Of a stretch of 64,000 bases of DNA, positions 39,571 through 49,489 are shown one piece after another. The notes beneath the pieces were generated by a model that worked only from the letters and a program-made list of their open reading frames with translations, made no database searches and had not been told where the DNA came from. Source of the DNA: a virus (lineage: Duplodnaviria; Caudoviricetes); the IMG/VR virus record IMGVR_UViG_3300032007_000001. One strand, 5' to 3'. How positions within the stretch are numbered: the first letter of the stretch is position 1; the number at the start of each line of letters is the position of its first letter. Made by a program: the position numbers and the translations under genes.

Positions 39571-40656
39571 CTATTCATTAACTTTCCAGCATTGTGGGTC
39601 TGGACTATAGAAATTCCCGTTTGTTCCACAAGACACCGCTGGACATCCACGACAGAATGCAAGTAATTTGCAATCTTTACATTTTTCAAATTTATCAAAA
39701 TCTCTATAGTAATTCATTTTATCTCCAAGCCAAACTTCAGAAATATCATCTGTTAAAGCATTTCCAACAACAGAATCATTAATTCTTCTGCATGCCAACA
39801 AATCTCCATTTGGCAAGATTGTCATATGTCCAATTCCACAATGACAACCCGTATATATCGTATCATCATTTTCTTCTACATAATTTGGAGCATCCAATCT
39901 TCCAATTTCATAATGGAATAAATTCCATAGATGGTCCTTATATCTAAAACTCGTTGTACATCCAACACTTTCATAAAAATCAAAACGGTCTTGCATTTCT
40001 TCCAAAAATTTTCTATATCTTTCTGGAGTCAATCTATTGCTTTTATCTTCATAAACTGGAACGTATCTAGAAAACGTAAATCTTCTAGCTTTCCAAGCAA
40101 CCTCATCTACAAGCGATGGAATTTCATCGATATTCTTATCACTGACTGTAGACATAATAACACTATATAAATCATTTCTATTCAAACATTTTAATGCTTC
40201 AAATGTAGCATCATAACTTCCAGGTTTTCTAAACCAGTCGTGCGTTTCTTTTAATCCATCTAAAGACAATTGATATTTAGTACATCCACTATCTTTTAAT
40301 TTTTCAGCAACTTCGTCAGTTAAATGGAATGGATTGCCAAGAATAATAAATTCAATTTTATTTTTCTTTAATTCTTTTATCAAGTCCCAAAAATTCTTAT
40401 GAAGTAACGGGTCTCCACCAGTAATAGCAAACACTGGTACTCTATGTAATTTTTTACACGAACTAATAACATTATTCAAAACTTTTTGCATATTATCCCA
40501 TGACATTTCTACAAGATTTTTGTTTCCGCCATGGAAAATATAACAATGCTTGCATCTTTGGTCGCAATTATCCGTAATGTGCCATTGAAAAGATAATCCC
40601 ATTCTTATACTATCATCATTAGTCCAAGATTTCCACATATTTATGCGGTCTAACAA
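39571..40656 (-). CDS. Radical SAM/SPASM peptide maturase resembling the ACGX-system family
   Basis: FQWHITDNCDQRCKHCY (CX3CX2C); TGGDP; SPASM GCHCG..ACRR..CKDC..CRGCP..PDPQCW; GGAGG SD. Confidence 0.9.
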   Translation of the reverse strand: MLDRINMWKSWTNDDSIRMGLSFQWHITDNCDQRCKHCYIFHGGNKNLVEMSWDNMQKVLNNVISSCKKLHRVPVFAITGGDPLLHKNFWDLIKELKKNKIEFIILGNPFHLTDEVAEKLKDSGCTKYQLSLDGLKETHDWFRKPGSYDATFEALKCLNRNDLYSVIMSTVSDKNIDEIPSLVDEVAWKARRFTFSRYVPVYEDKSNRLTPERYRKFLEEMQDRFDFYESVGCTTSFRYKDHLWNLFHYEIGRLDAPNYVEENDDTIYTGCHCGIGHMTILPNGDLLACRRINDSVVGNALTDDISEVWLGDKMNYYRDFDKFEKCKDCKLLAFCRGCPAVSCGTNGNFYSPDPQCWKVNE

Positions 40657-40700
40657 TTAAATCTCCTCCAAACAAATCTTTTCAATATATTTTATATAAT

Positions 40701-40732
40701 TAAAACCCATCATTTTATTATGATGGGTTTTA
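40701..40732 (-). terminator. Intrinsic terminator
   Basis: taaaacccatcat-tttatt-atgatgggtttta. Confidence 0.7.
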
Positions 40733-41119
40733 TAATCCAAATCGAAATGGAAAATTGTTATTCAATTGCAAATAATTTTCTTTTATCCAAACTAAAATTT
40801 TTCTATTAATATCGCTTGTTTTATCATTTTTTATTTGATTATTTAATTTATTTTCAAATGAATTTTTATCATTAGTAATAATCCAAGCGCCATTAAAAAA
40901 TTTAATATTAAAAACATTTAATTTGTCATTCATTTCAAACAATGAATAAGAATACATATCATAAAGAAATACAAATGAATACATCCTTCTACAATTTCTT
41001 AAAATTTTTAAGTTACAAACAACTTCAATGCCTTCGCTTATTGTCTTAATAAACATAAAAACATTTATTGGAACAGTTGTGTGTTCTATTTTACTTTCCA
41101 ATGTTTTCACATCCCACAT
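40730..41119 (-). CDS. Hypothetical protein (ends ...RFGL)
   Basis: Overlaps the upstream stop. Confidence 0.6.
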   Translation of the reverse strand: MWDVKTLESKIEHTTVPINVFMFIKTISEGIEVVCNLKILRNCRRMYSFVFLYDMYSYSLFEMNDKLNVFNIKFFNGAWIITNDKNSFENKLNNQIKNDKTSDINRKILVWIKENYLQLNNNFPFRFGL

Positions 41120-41514
41120 TTTTTGATAACATGAGTTTTTGCTTTATCTTTATCAAATATTAAATTATATCCTTTTTTCAAAACCCAATTACTTATGTTT
41201 TTTTGTATATCTGTTACATGATGATTGTGCTGTGTTAAAAGTTCTACATTTTCTAAAAAATCATCTTCATTTTTTCCTGATGTCGACCCTAAATCACAAA
41301 CATGACTAAAATTAAATATTTTATCGCTTACAAATAAAATCGAAATTATATCATCATGATTATAAAATTTTATTCTATGGCCAATTGAATAAAAAAAATC
41401 ATAAAAAATTTCATAAACACAAAAGTATGATACATTATCAATCGTTTGTAAAAAATTATTTTTGAAAACAACATTTTTATTATTAAAATCCAATTTAATC
41501 ACCCATAACAACAA
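41107..41514 (-). CDS. Hypothetical protein (ends ...CGM)
   Basis: Operon packing. Confidence 0.6.
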   Translation of the reverse strand: MLLWVIKLDFNNKNVVFKNNFLQTIDNVSYFCVYEIFYDFFYSIGHRIKFYNHDDIISILFVSDKIFNFSHVCDLGSTSGKNEDDFLENVELLTQHNHHVTDIQKNISNWVLKKGYNLIFDKDKAKTHVIKKCGM

Positions 41515-41734
41515 ATATAACTATAGCAACAACAGAAATAAAAAACATTTGTTTTGATTGATTTCTAAATCTGAAGCAAGCCTGAGCGACTTTCTTTCCA
41601 ATCTCAGTATTTTTCTTTCTAAAAAACAAATATCCTAAAGCATTAGTTATCCAAAACGAATAACTAACAAATGCCAAAGATACTGCAAATGAATGAATTC
41701 TATTTATATCCAACATTATCATCTCCTTTGTCAT
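41495..41734 (-). CDS. Small two-TM membrane protein
   Basis: Two hydrophobic segments; an internal AAGGAG suggests a start a few codons downstream. Confidence 0.6.
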   Translation of the reverse strand: MTKEMIMLDINRIHSFAVSLAFVSYSFWITNALGYLFFRKKNTEIGKKVAQACFRFRNQSKQMFFISVVAIVIFVVMGD

Positions 41735-41735
41735 T

Positions 41736-41764
41736 ATTATACCATAAAATATGAAAATTGTAAA
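41736..41764 (-). promoter_or_regulatory. Sigma-A-like promoter
   Basis: TTTACA-17-TGnTATAAT; shares the 15-mer attataccataaaat with 33826..33840. Confidence 0.65.
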
Positions 41765-41795
41765 TAGTTTTAGGTATATTTATAATTAAAGGAAG

Positions 41796-42071
41796 GTGAT
41801 AAATATGTCAGAAATAACAAACATGATTGACGAAAAATTAAAAACCTCTGTATTTGATTTTCTCGCAAAAGAAACGTTACCTACGTTAAAAGAAACGATA
41901 GATAAGTTTGTTGAGAAATTAAAGCAAAAAGCAGAGATATCTAGTGGATGGGTAAAATTCAGAGATGGTTCATTGCTGCCATTCGCAATCAATACATCTT
42001 ATGCAATTATTAAATTGTTAGTCGAAAATGTTATAATCAACTTCACACGGTCAGCTGATATAAAATTGTGA
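41796..42071 (+). CDS. Hypothetical amphipathic protein (GWxKxRD...LP motif)
   Basis: AAGGAAGGTG SD. Confidence 0.7.
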   Translation: MINMSEITNMIDEKLKTSVFDFLAKETLPTLKETIDKFVEKLKQKAEISSGWVKFRDGSLLPFAINTSYAIIKLLVENVIINFTRSADIKL

Positions 42072-42252
42072 TAAAAAATACTGTTTTCTTAAAAACTGTA
42101 AGATCTTAAGATTCAAAAAATCATAATAAAGACAATCATTTTTTGTGATTTTCCAAAATTTTTTATCGCTAATTATTGGATATGCATATAACAATATGCA
42201 ATAAAATGACTTAAATAAAAAGAGAAACAAATCAATGTTTCTCTTAATTTTT

Positions 42253-43632
42253 TTATTTTTCGATTAATTTATATTGAATAGAAATTGGAGTTATATAGCA
42301 ATCAATAAATTTCTTATCATTCAATTCTTCAATTTGTAAAAATTTATTAATTTGATTATTATTAATCAATCTACATATAGATGAAATAATATACTTAAAA
42401 GTATCTTTATCATATAATTTTAATTCATCTAATTTATATGCATATGCTTTGAAAAACAATTCGTTATTATTTGTTAGATTTTCAATTAAGTAATCTTTTG
42501 TTTTTACAATAATATCTTCAATATTAAATTGTTCTGAAGAATTTTGTATTGAACTTGATGCTGTTAATCTAAACGATATTTTATCATCATCAATATTTAG
42601 GTCTTTTAATGTAATATTACCAACCATATATCCCCAACGTTGTGCAATTTCATTAAATTTATTTTTATCAAAATTAAATATTTTTAAGTCAATGAAACTA
42701 TTGATATTATCATTAAAAAAATTTTGAAAAGATATATAAGAATTTTTTAATGAATCAATTGTATAATCATCAAATGTAATATTCGCGAATTTTTTATAAT
42801 AATCAAATGTAATTTCAAATTTCATTGTAAATGTTTTTTCAAATTTTGTTAAAAATGTGCATCTTGGCAATTTGAATTTTAATAAATGTATGTTTTTATA
42901 ATCCCATGCAAAATTATTTGTTAATTCATTTGATTTTTCATGTTCAATTATATTTGCAGAACATGATACAATTATACCATTTCTTGATTCTTCCTCAATA
43001 ACATGCAATGGCATGAACGTATTTTTATCTATTTTATATCCTAAGGTATCTGCTGCTGTAATAAATGAAAACAAATTTAAGTTAATATTATCTTTCATTT
43101 CATTATAAAAATTATAATATGACGATAAATAATTTATAAAACCAACCCAAAGATATATATTTTCTTCTTCAAAGTTTTTTGTTTCTTTTTCAAATGATTC
43201 TCTGGAAATATAAAAATCAATAGTTAGAATTGAAGAATTTATTGTATAATCTGATATACTATGTTTTAAGTTTAATATTGAAAAATCATAAAGCATAAAA
43301 ACATCAGCAAATGTTACATATATAATACAATCAGATTGTATAACAACATTTTTTACTTTTGAAGAAGTTATATCCTTATAACCTTTATCTTTGCACATAA
43401 AACTTACTTTTTCTGAATTAAAATTGAAAAAATTTATTGGATTATCGTAGAAATGCGATGCCATCAACTTAAAATTTTCCCATTCTTTTTCAAATTCACT
43501 TTCATTTATATTTTTTTGTTTTAATGCAAAGAAAAAATTTTCTTTCGTAAGTTCAAAATTAATTTTGCATTTGCGTGGTTGAAAATCTACTTCTATTATG
43601 TTATAATTAAAATCAAAATCATTATAATTCAT
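42253..43632 (-). CDS. Hypothetical protein with weak internal repeats
   Basis: AAAGGAG SD; repeated F(N/S)F...GY segments. Confidence 0.7.
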   Translation of the reverse strand: MNYNDFDFNYNIIEVDFQPRKCKINFELTKENFFFALKQKNINESEFEKEWENFKLMASHFYDNPINFFNFNSEKVSFMCKDKGYKDITSSKVKNVVIQSDCIIYVTFADVFMLYDFSILNLKHSISDYTINSSILTIDFYISRESFEKETKNFEEENIYLWVGFINYLSSYYNFYNEMKDNINLNLFSFITAADTLGYKIDKNTFMPLHVIEEESRNGIIVSCSANIIEHEKSNELTNNFAWDYKNIHLLKFKLPRCTFLTKFEKTFTMKFEITFDYYKKFANITFDDYTIDSLKNSYISFQNFFNDNINSFIDLKIFNFDKNKFNEIAQRWGYMVGNITLKDLNIDDDKISFRLTASSSIQNSSEQFNIEDIIVKTKDYLIENLTNNNELFFKAYAYKLDELKLYDKDTFKYIISSICRLINNNQINKFLQIEELNDKKFIDCYITPISIQYKLIEK

Positions 43633-43727
43633 TTATGTGTCTCCTTTCACTATATCATGTATATATTCTATAACCAAAAAATAATTAAGTAAATATTTTT
43701 TTGATATGCTAAAATTTTTTCAGATTC

Positions 43728-46553
43728 TTGGATTATTCATTGATTAAAATAAACGAATGGCGTGTTTTTAGTATGGAAATTATAAATATTCTTACAAAAA
43801 ACGTAATTTCTTGCGATGAAAACAAAGTAATGCATAACATTGCTTATAAACGTAAAAAACAAGTGGTGACTATCTATGATGGCCGCCGTTTCGGCGTTGA
43901 AGAATATGAAGAACATATTAGAAACACCAATTTAATGATAAATACATTAAAGAAAAATTTGACAAAATCGTTTATAAAAGAACAAATAGATTTATTTGAA
44001 AAGAAACTTTTGTTCTTGAATTTGTTATATATTAAGAAGCCAGTAGTTTTCTTAAGATTCGAAAATAACATCAAATATTATTATGAAAACAATGGTTTGG
44101 ATGTAAAAATAACAAAAAGAATGTTTTATGGTAAAAAAGCAGATGAAAAATATCCAAATCGTTTTATAGCGGAGAATATAAAGATAGTTCCGCTTATTTT
44201 CAGTGATTGGTGTCAGGCAATCAATTTCATTAAAGAATGCATATATGAAATCAATGGACATGAAATCAAGGAATTAATTAACGTATATAATGTTATTCAC
44301 GAATTCCCTATTGTCAATACAGAAAAAATTCATCATTGCATTTCAGATAAAATGGACGACAAAGAAAAAAATAATGTATTAAACGATATAGCACATCAGA
44401 TTTTCGGAAGTCACGCATATAATACGCAAGAGATGGATGTTGTTAGAAAAGATGAAATGGTCAAATCAATTGTGCAAATTCCTTTGGATTTTGATATTTC
44501 CATAATCAAAAATAAAAAAGCATATCACATGAAAAATGAAAGACCAAAAAATAAACATAAAGAATCCATTATTGAAAATTTATTGAACAATAAATTCTTT
44601 TTGCCATATTCTATAACAGAAACACACAATGGTGAACAAGCATATATAGCACTAGATAAAAGATATAAGATTTGTGATGAAAATAACGGAAAAATACGTA
44701 AAAGCAATGATTGGCTTACAAAAGAAGGATATAAGAATTTAATAGAAGTGTTGATAGAATTCATAAATAAAAATATAGATAAGCACATAGATTGCAATGT
44801 AAAACATATAACTCAGATTATGCGTCAAGATATGTGTCTGCATTATAAGAAAGACAATAAATCCATAACAATGAATAAAATTGTGTACGTAGCAGAAAAA
44901 GAAGAATGCAATAAATATTCACCGGAAAAATTATTGGATATCATAGAAAAAGAATGCATACATAAAAACCAAATGCTTTTGGCAAAAAAAGCAGCTACAG
45001 CAAAACAGCTTCTTCGCAGAAATTTATTATTAAAAAATTTGATTAAAGACGACAAAAAACAGAAAATAATACGCAAGATAGCAAAAAAACATCGTTCTAT
45101 GGACTGCATAAATAATCTATCACATGATGATTTTCGTCTTCTTGTCGACAGCGTGAGAGAGCATGAAGGATATTCTGACTATCTAACAGATAAATTTATG
45201 TCAAACAAGAAATTAATGGATGAATTGAATAAATTTCCAATAGAATTATACTTAGACAAAAATGAAAACAATGAAATACTAGATAATAACAATTCTTTTT
45301 GCGCACCAATTTCAATATTTAGGAAAAATGAATGCCGTATATTGAGTGATACTGGAAGCAATACCAATGTTAATGTTTTGAATTTATTTGCTGGAATAGC
45401 AAAATTATCAAATAAAGATTTCTTAAAGTTTGTCAGAGAAAGTTTGGATATTAATTATTCCTATGATGGCGAAGGAGAACGTCTAACTCAAACAGCAAAA
45501 AAATTGGATTGGAATATAAAAAGAATTGAAAATGTTCTTAAAAATAGAAAAGGAAAAGAAAAAAAATATTTCACTTTAGCATTAAAATATTTGGATTTCT
45601 TAAAAAATGCAGTTATTGAAAATATTGATTATAGATATAATCAATTGTTCAAAAAAGATTACGTGATAATGAATTATAATTTGCTTAGCGAATTTGTAAA
45701 AACAAAAACAAATAGAAATACAAAATTTCACAATAATGATATTGGTTATATTATCATCAAATCTTTAGCCATGCTTGGAATTATTGAAATATTTAAGGGT
45801 AACAGAGACGTTAAATATATGTTTTCAGGCGGAGCAACCAGTAAACAATGTACTGTATTAAAGTTTAATGAATTATCAGAAAAAACATTAATAGAAAATA
45901 TGAAAAAGATTATTGAAAAAGAAGAAAATGCACATAATAAATCAGTGTCTATTTTTACAAGCACTTTTAAGTTTAAGTTTTTAGAAAAAAAATATGGAGA
46001 ACTGGCAATATCTTGTCAATCTAAATTGGTAAAAGAAAAAATGTTTTCATCATTAGGGTTGGAAGCTAGATATTGCGAAGAAAAAACAGAAATAGACCAA
46101 TTAAATTTATATGAACGAAATATATGTACCAAAATAAGATACATTATTCTTGGTTCTTTTGCCAAACATATTTCTTTTAAGAATATGACAAAAGACCAAT
46201 TAATGCAATTATATAAAACATACCAAACATGGTCTATAAGATGTTTACAATTGAATAATATACGAAATATGTCCATAGCAATAAAAAATATTGCTACTTT
46301 TGTGTATAACATTTTTAGTGAAACTATGCAGGTATTTTTGGATAAAAAAATAAAACCGAAAATTGATTATAGCAATTGGGTATATAAAAGCAATATTGGC
46401 ACAAGAAGTATAAATAAAAACAATTGCAAAAAGATTATAAGAGAATTATATACAAATAAAAAAATAAAGGAATACGACAATTTCATAAAGAATGTTTGCC
46501 CTATTCCTTTGGAATTTACGAAAATACACAATAACTTTGAATTGTGTGTTTAA
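43728..46553 (+). CDS. Large basic hypothetical protein (possibly DNA-binding/replication)
   Basis: 941-aa K/N-rich ORF; no recognisable catalytic motif. Confidence 0.65.
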   Translation: MDYSLIKINEWRVFSMEIINILTKNVISCDENKVMHNIAYKRKKQVVTIYDGRRFGVEEYEEHIRNTNLMINTLKKNLTKSFIKEQIDLFEKKLLFLNLLYIKKPVVFLRFENNIKYYYENNGLDVKITKRMFYGKKADEKYPNRFIAENIKIVPLIFSDWCQAINFIKECIYEINGHEIKELINVYNVIHEFPIVNTEKIHHCISDKMDDKEKNNVLNDIAHQIFGSHAYNTQEMDVVRKDEMVKSIVQIPLDFDISIIKNKKAYHMKNERPKNKHKESIIENLLNNKFFLPYSITETHNGEQAYIALDKRYKICDENNGKIRKSNDWLTKEGYKNLIEVLIEFINKNIDKHIDCNVKHITQIMRQDMCLHYKKDNKSITMNKIVYVAEKEECNKYSPEKLLDIIEKECIHKNQMLLAKKAATAKQLLRRNLLLKNLIKDDKKQKIIRKIAKKHRSMDCINNLSHDDFRLLVDSVREHEGYSDYLTDKFMSNKKLMDELNKFPIELYLDKNENNEILDNNNSFCAPISIFRKNECRILSDTGSNTNVNVLNLFAGIAKLSNKDFLKFVRESLDINYSYDGEGERLTQTAKKLDWNIKRIENVLKNRKGKEKKYFTLALKYLDFLKNAVIENIDYRYNQLFKKDYVIMNYNLLSEFVKTKTNRNTKFHNNDIGYIIIKSLAMLGIIEIFKGNRDVKYMFSGGATSKQCTVLKFNELSEKTLIENMKKIIEKEENAHNKSVSIFTSTFKFKFLEKKYGELAISCQSKLVKEKMFSSLGLEARYCEEKTEIDQLNLYERNICTKIRYIILGSFAKHISFKNMTKDQLMQLYKTYQTWSIRCLQLNNIRNMSIAIKNIATFVYNIFSETMQVFLDKKIKPKIDYSNWVYKSNIGTRSINKNNCKKIIRELYTNKKIKEYDNFIKNVCPIPLEFTKIHNNFELCV

Positions 46554-46994
46554 TTATCCGCAAGATGTTTGCGAATCACCGCCGCTGCAACTGCATGAAC
46601 AAGACTAACTCGAACAATTTTGCGTGCAATTCGTTACTGGTGGATTTGGGTCTGAATTTTGTTCAGAAGAATCTATATTGTTTATAAAATTTTTAATTGT
46701 TTCGTCTGTTTTTATTAAGTCGATTATTTGCGATATGGCGTCATCCAATGACACTGGTTCATATCCAAGTGCGTCAACTATTTGATTTTTTGTCAGTTCT
46801 ATATTTTCTGAGTCGATTGATAAATTTTTAAGTATTAATTTTTGCAATCCATTTTTACTAAAAGTGTTTTTACTTAAATTCTTCATATAATATGTCATAT
46901 CTTTTATCTGATTAACTTCAGTTTCAAAATGATATGATTCCAATTCGTTCGTTGACGAATTGGGTAAGTTAAATTTAGATTTTTTTATTGACAT
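46554..46994 (-). CDS. Cys-rich-tail fibre-like protein C; in-frame TAG at 46605..46607 (ends at 46605 without readthrough)
   Basis: Paralogue (HFETEVxQI, LGYEP); after the TAG the frame continues SCSCSCSGGDSQTSCG-TAA. Confidence 0.7.
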
Positions 46995-47012
46995 ATTTCA
47001 TTCCTCTCGTTT

Positions 47013-47510
47013 TTAATTGTCGTTATCATCATTTGCGCTGCCGCAACTGCAACTACAACTATACGTACAATTCGTTTGCGTCGCTGTACATTGACTGCAT
47101 TCAATTGTATTTTTTATTGAATTACATTGTTTGCATTGTGTTTCTGTGCATTGATTACATTGTAGATATGTTGTTCCGCCTTTTGGTTTATTGTTTTTTA
47201 TGAATTCTTGTATTTCTTGATTTGTTTTTACAATATTGGTTACTTGTGCTTTAATTGTTTCCAATGTTGCCGGTTCATAACCAAGAACATCAATTATTTT
47301 ATTTTTTGATAATGATATATTATTGGAAGTAATTTCCATGTTTTCGGTAACAGAATTTTGCAATTCTTCTTTAGTTGTTATTGTTTTATTTAATTTTTTC
47401 ATATAAGAAGTCATATCTACTATTTGGTCGACTTCTGTTTCAAAATGATGTGGTTCGTATTCATTGGTTGAAGGATTTTGTAAGTAAATTACAGATTTTT
47501 TATTAGCCAT
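47013..47510 (-). CDS. Cys-rich-tail fibre-like protein B
   Basis: HHFETEVDQI, VLGYEP; 10 Cys in the C-terminal ~50 aa, ending CTYSCSCSCGS. Confidence 0.8.
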   Translation of the reverse strand: MANKKSVIYLQNPSTNEYEPHHFETEVDQIVDMTSYMKKLNKTITTKEELQNSVTENMEITSNNISLSKNKIIDVLGYEPATLETIKAQVTNIVKTNQEIQEFIKNNKPKGGTTYLQCNQCTETQCKQCNSIKNTIECSQCTATQTNCTYSCSCSCGSANDDNDN

Positions 47511-47528
47511 TTTTCATTCCTCTCATTT

Positions 47529-48005
47529 TTAGCTTCCGCAATTTCCACAACTGCAGCTGCAACTGCATGAATAACTGCATTCCCGATAATTGCAATTATA
47601 ATATGTACAATCTTTACATTGTGTATAAGTACACTGGTTGCAATTTTTGCATTGAACCTGAGTTGCTGCGGCGTTTTCTGGTATTTCGTTTTTAATGTAA
47701 TCCTTAATTTCTTTATTTGTTGTAAATGTATTTATAATATTCGTTTTAATTGTTTCCAATGTTGATGGTTCATTTCCCAAAGCATTTACAATAGTATTTT
47801 TTGAAATTTCAAGGTCTTCAGAATTTGCTTCTATATTTTCCGAAAGTATATCACATAATTCATTTTCATTTTTTACTGTTTTATTCAATTCTTTCATATA
47901 ATCAGTCATATCTGCTATTTGGTCTACTTCAGTTTCGAAATGATGAGTATCAAACCCACTAGCAGAAGAATTTGGTAAATGCATCGTTGATTTTCTATTT
48001 GCCAT
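47529..48005 (-). CDS. Cys-rich-tail fibre-like protein A
   Basis: Start reassigned to MANRKS (GAGAGG SD, matches paralogues); 12 Cys in the last ~40 aa. Confidence 0.8.
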   Translation of the reverse strand: MANRKSTMHLPNSSASGFDTHHFETEVDQIADMTDYMKELNKTVKNENELCDILSENIEANSEDLEISKNTIVNALGNEPSTLETIKTNIINTFTTNKEIKDYIKNEIPENAAATQVQCKNCNQCTYTQCKDCTYYNCNYRECSYSCSCSCSCGNCGS

Positions 48006-48083
48006 TTTAATTCCTCTCACATTATTTTTTTAGCTCAATTACTTATTTATAAAATAAATAAGTGAAAAAAGAAAATATATAGG

Positions 48084-48500
48084 GTGATGTTAGTGAATAT
48101 AGATTTTAATGCAAATTATTTTATAGATTTAGATGAATTACATAATAATTTGTTAAATGATTTTTGTATAGAAAATACAGAAAAATGTTTGGATTCGTGT
48201 GAAAATCTTGGAATAGAATTAGGAATGTTTAATGATATATGTAGCATTTTCGAAATGGAAAAAATTGATATTGTGCCATTAGATGAAAGAAAGAATATTA
48301 ATAAAAATGATAAGTATATCGTTGAAACTATGAATTTGGATTTTTATTCAACAAATAAAAATTTTGAAAAAGAATTGAAAAAATTAGCTGAAAAGATGTA
48401 TAAAAAAATAATAGAAAAAATAGAAAATGAAGAAACGAAAGATTTATTTTCTTCATATACACTAAGTGCTATAGATTTATCGTTAATTGAAAAAGAATAA
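48084..48500 (+). CDS. Hypothetical protein
   Basis: 138-aa ORF. Confidence 0.65.
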   Translation: MMLVNIDFNANYFIDLDELHNNLLNDFCIENTEKCLDSCENLGIELGMFNDICSIFEMEKIDIVPLDERKNINKNDKYIVETMNLDFYSTNKNFEKELKKLAEKMYKKIIEKIENEETKDLFSSYTLSAIDLSLIEKE

Positions 48501-48592
48501 TTTCTTTTACCTCATAAAAAACATAATTGTATTTATAATTAAAAAAATAAAAATATTGAATTAATGTATACAATTTATATGAGGTGAAAGAA

Positions 48593-48694
48593 ATGGAAAA
48601 GAAAAAAACAGAAAAAAAGAAACCAATCGTTGTTGGGTCAATTAAGGTATGGGATATTACTCAAAAGGAAGATAAGAAAAAGACTAACAAATAA
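48593..48694 (+). CDS. Small basic protein (33 aa)
   Basis: Not in track; GAGGTG SD; MEKKKTEKKKPIVVGSIKVWDITQKEDKKKTNK; hairpin at the stop. Confidence 0.55.
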   Translation: MEKKKTEKKKPIVVGSIKVWDITQKEDKKKTNK

Positions 48695-48759
48695 AATGTT
48701 AGTCTTTGTTTTTTTATTGTGTTTTCACATTATATATTTATAGAGAAAATAATTAGCGG

Positions 48760-49461
48760 GTGAAAATAATGTCAGTTCTTAGTAAAAAAATGACAATTGG
48801 AGATAAACAGGTTAGTTTTTATACAACTGCAGAAGAAGCTAGTGTATTTGGAGATTGCGGTCCAGCATTAGTAGATGGTGTCCAATGTTATTATCCATTA
48901 GGATTAGGAACATCAAGTGAAACTGGGATTGGATATAAAACTGCTCAAAAAGTGTTGAAAGATGGTAATGAGTATTTTATTCTTACTAAAGCTGAATCTA
49001 GTTCTGGTGAAACTACATATGAATGGACTTATAAATTTATTGTTCCAAATGGTAAATCACAAATTGATAATTTTGCACAAAAACTTGGTTTTAATGGTCC
49101 ATTTGACGAAGACGATTTCTTCGGTCCATATGTAGATGAGTTAGACGATTATGATTATGCAAATCGTAAAATTGAAATTTATTATCTCGGTTCAACGCTT
49201 CAAGATGTTAGTGATTTAAGTACAACAATTGATGAATCGCAAATTAAGAAAACAAACATAATTGATATGTATGGTGAACTTGGATTATCTGTTCCTTATA
49301 TGGCACAAGATGATAGTATAAAAGCAGAATTTACTTCAAAAGTTGAAGCAGCAACTGAATCAAGTATTACATCAATTGACTATGACCCAAGTAGCGACAT
49401 ATTATATTTTGAAGATATTACTCATTCCAATCAGATTTTCTTAATTAGAAAGAAAGCATAA
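48760..49461 (+). CDS. Putative tail-associated protein
   Basis: N-terminal YTTxEE...GxxxYxPL...Y motif resembling the N-termini of 22576 and 25522. Confidence 0.6.
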   Translation: MKIMSVLSKKMTIGDKQVSFYTTAEEASVFGDCGPALVDGVQCYYPLGLGTSSETGIGYKTAQKVLKDGNEYFILTKAESSSGETTYEWTYKFIVPNGKSQIDNFAQKLGFNGPFDEDDFFGPYVDELDDYDYANRKIEIYYLGSTLQDVSDLSTTIDESQIKKTNIIDMYGELGLSVPYMAQDDSIKAEFTSKVEAATESSITSIDYDPSSDILYFEDITHSNQIFLIRKKA

Positions 49462-49466
49462 ATAAA

Positions 49467-49489
49467 AAGGAGCTAATTATTAGCTCCTT
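49467..49489. terminator. Bidirectional terminator between convergent genes
   Basis: aaggagctaat-t-attagctcctt. Confidence 0.7.

Noticed and set aside
46988-47203. + strand Cys-rich ORF (CRNCNYNY)
   Set aside because: Antisense shadow of the Cys-rich tail of 47013..47510.
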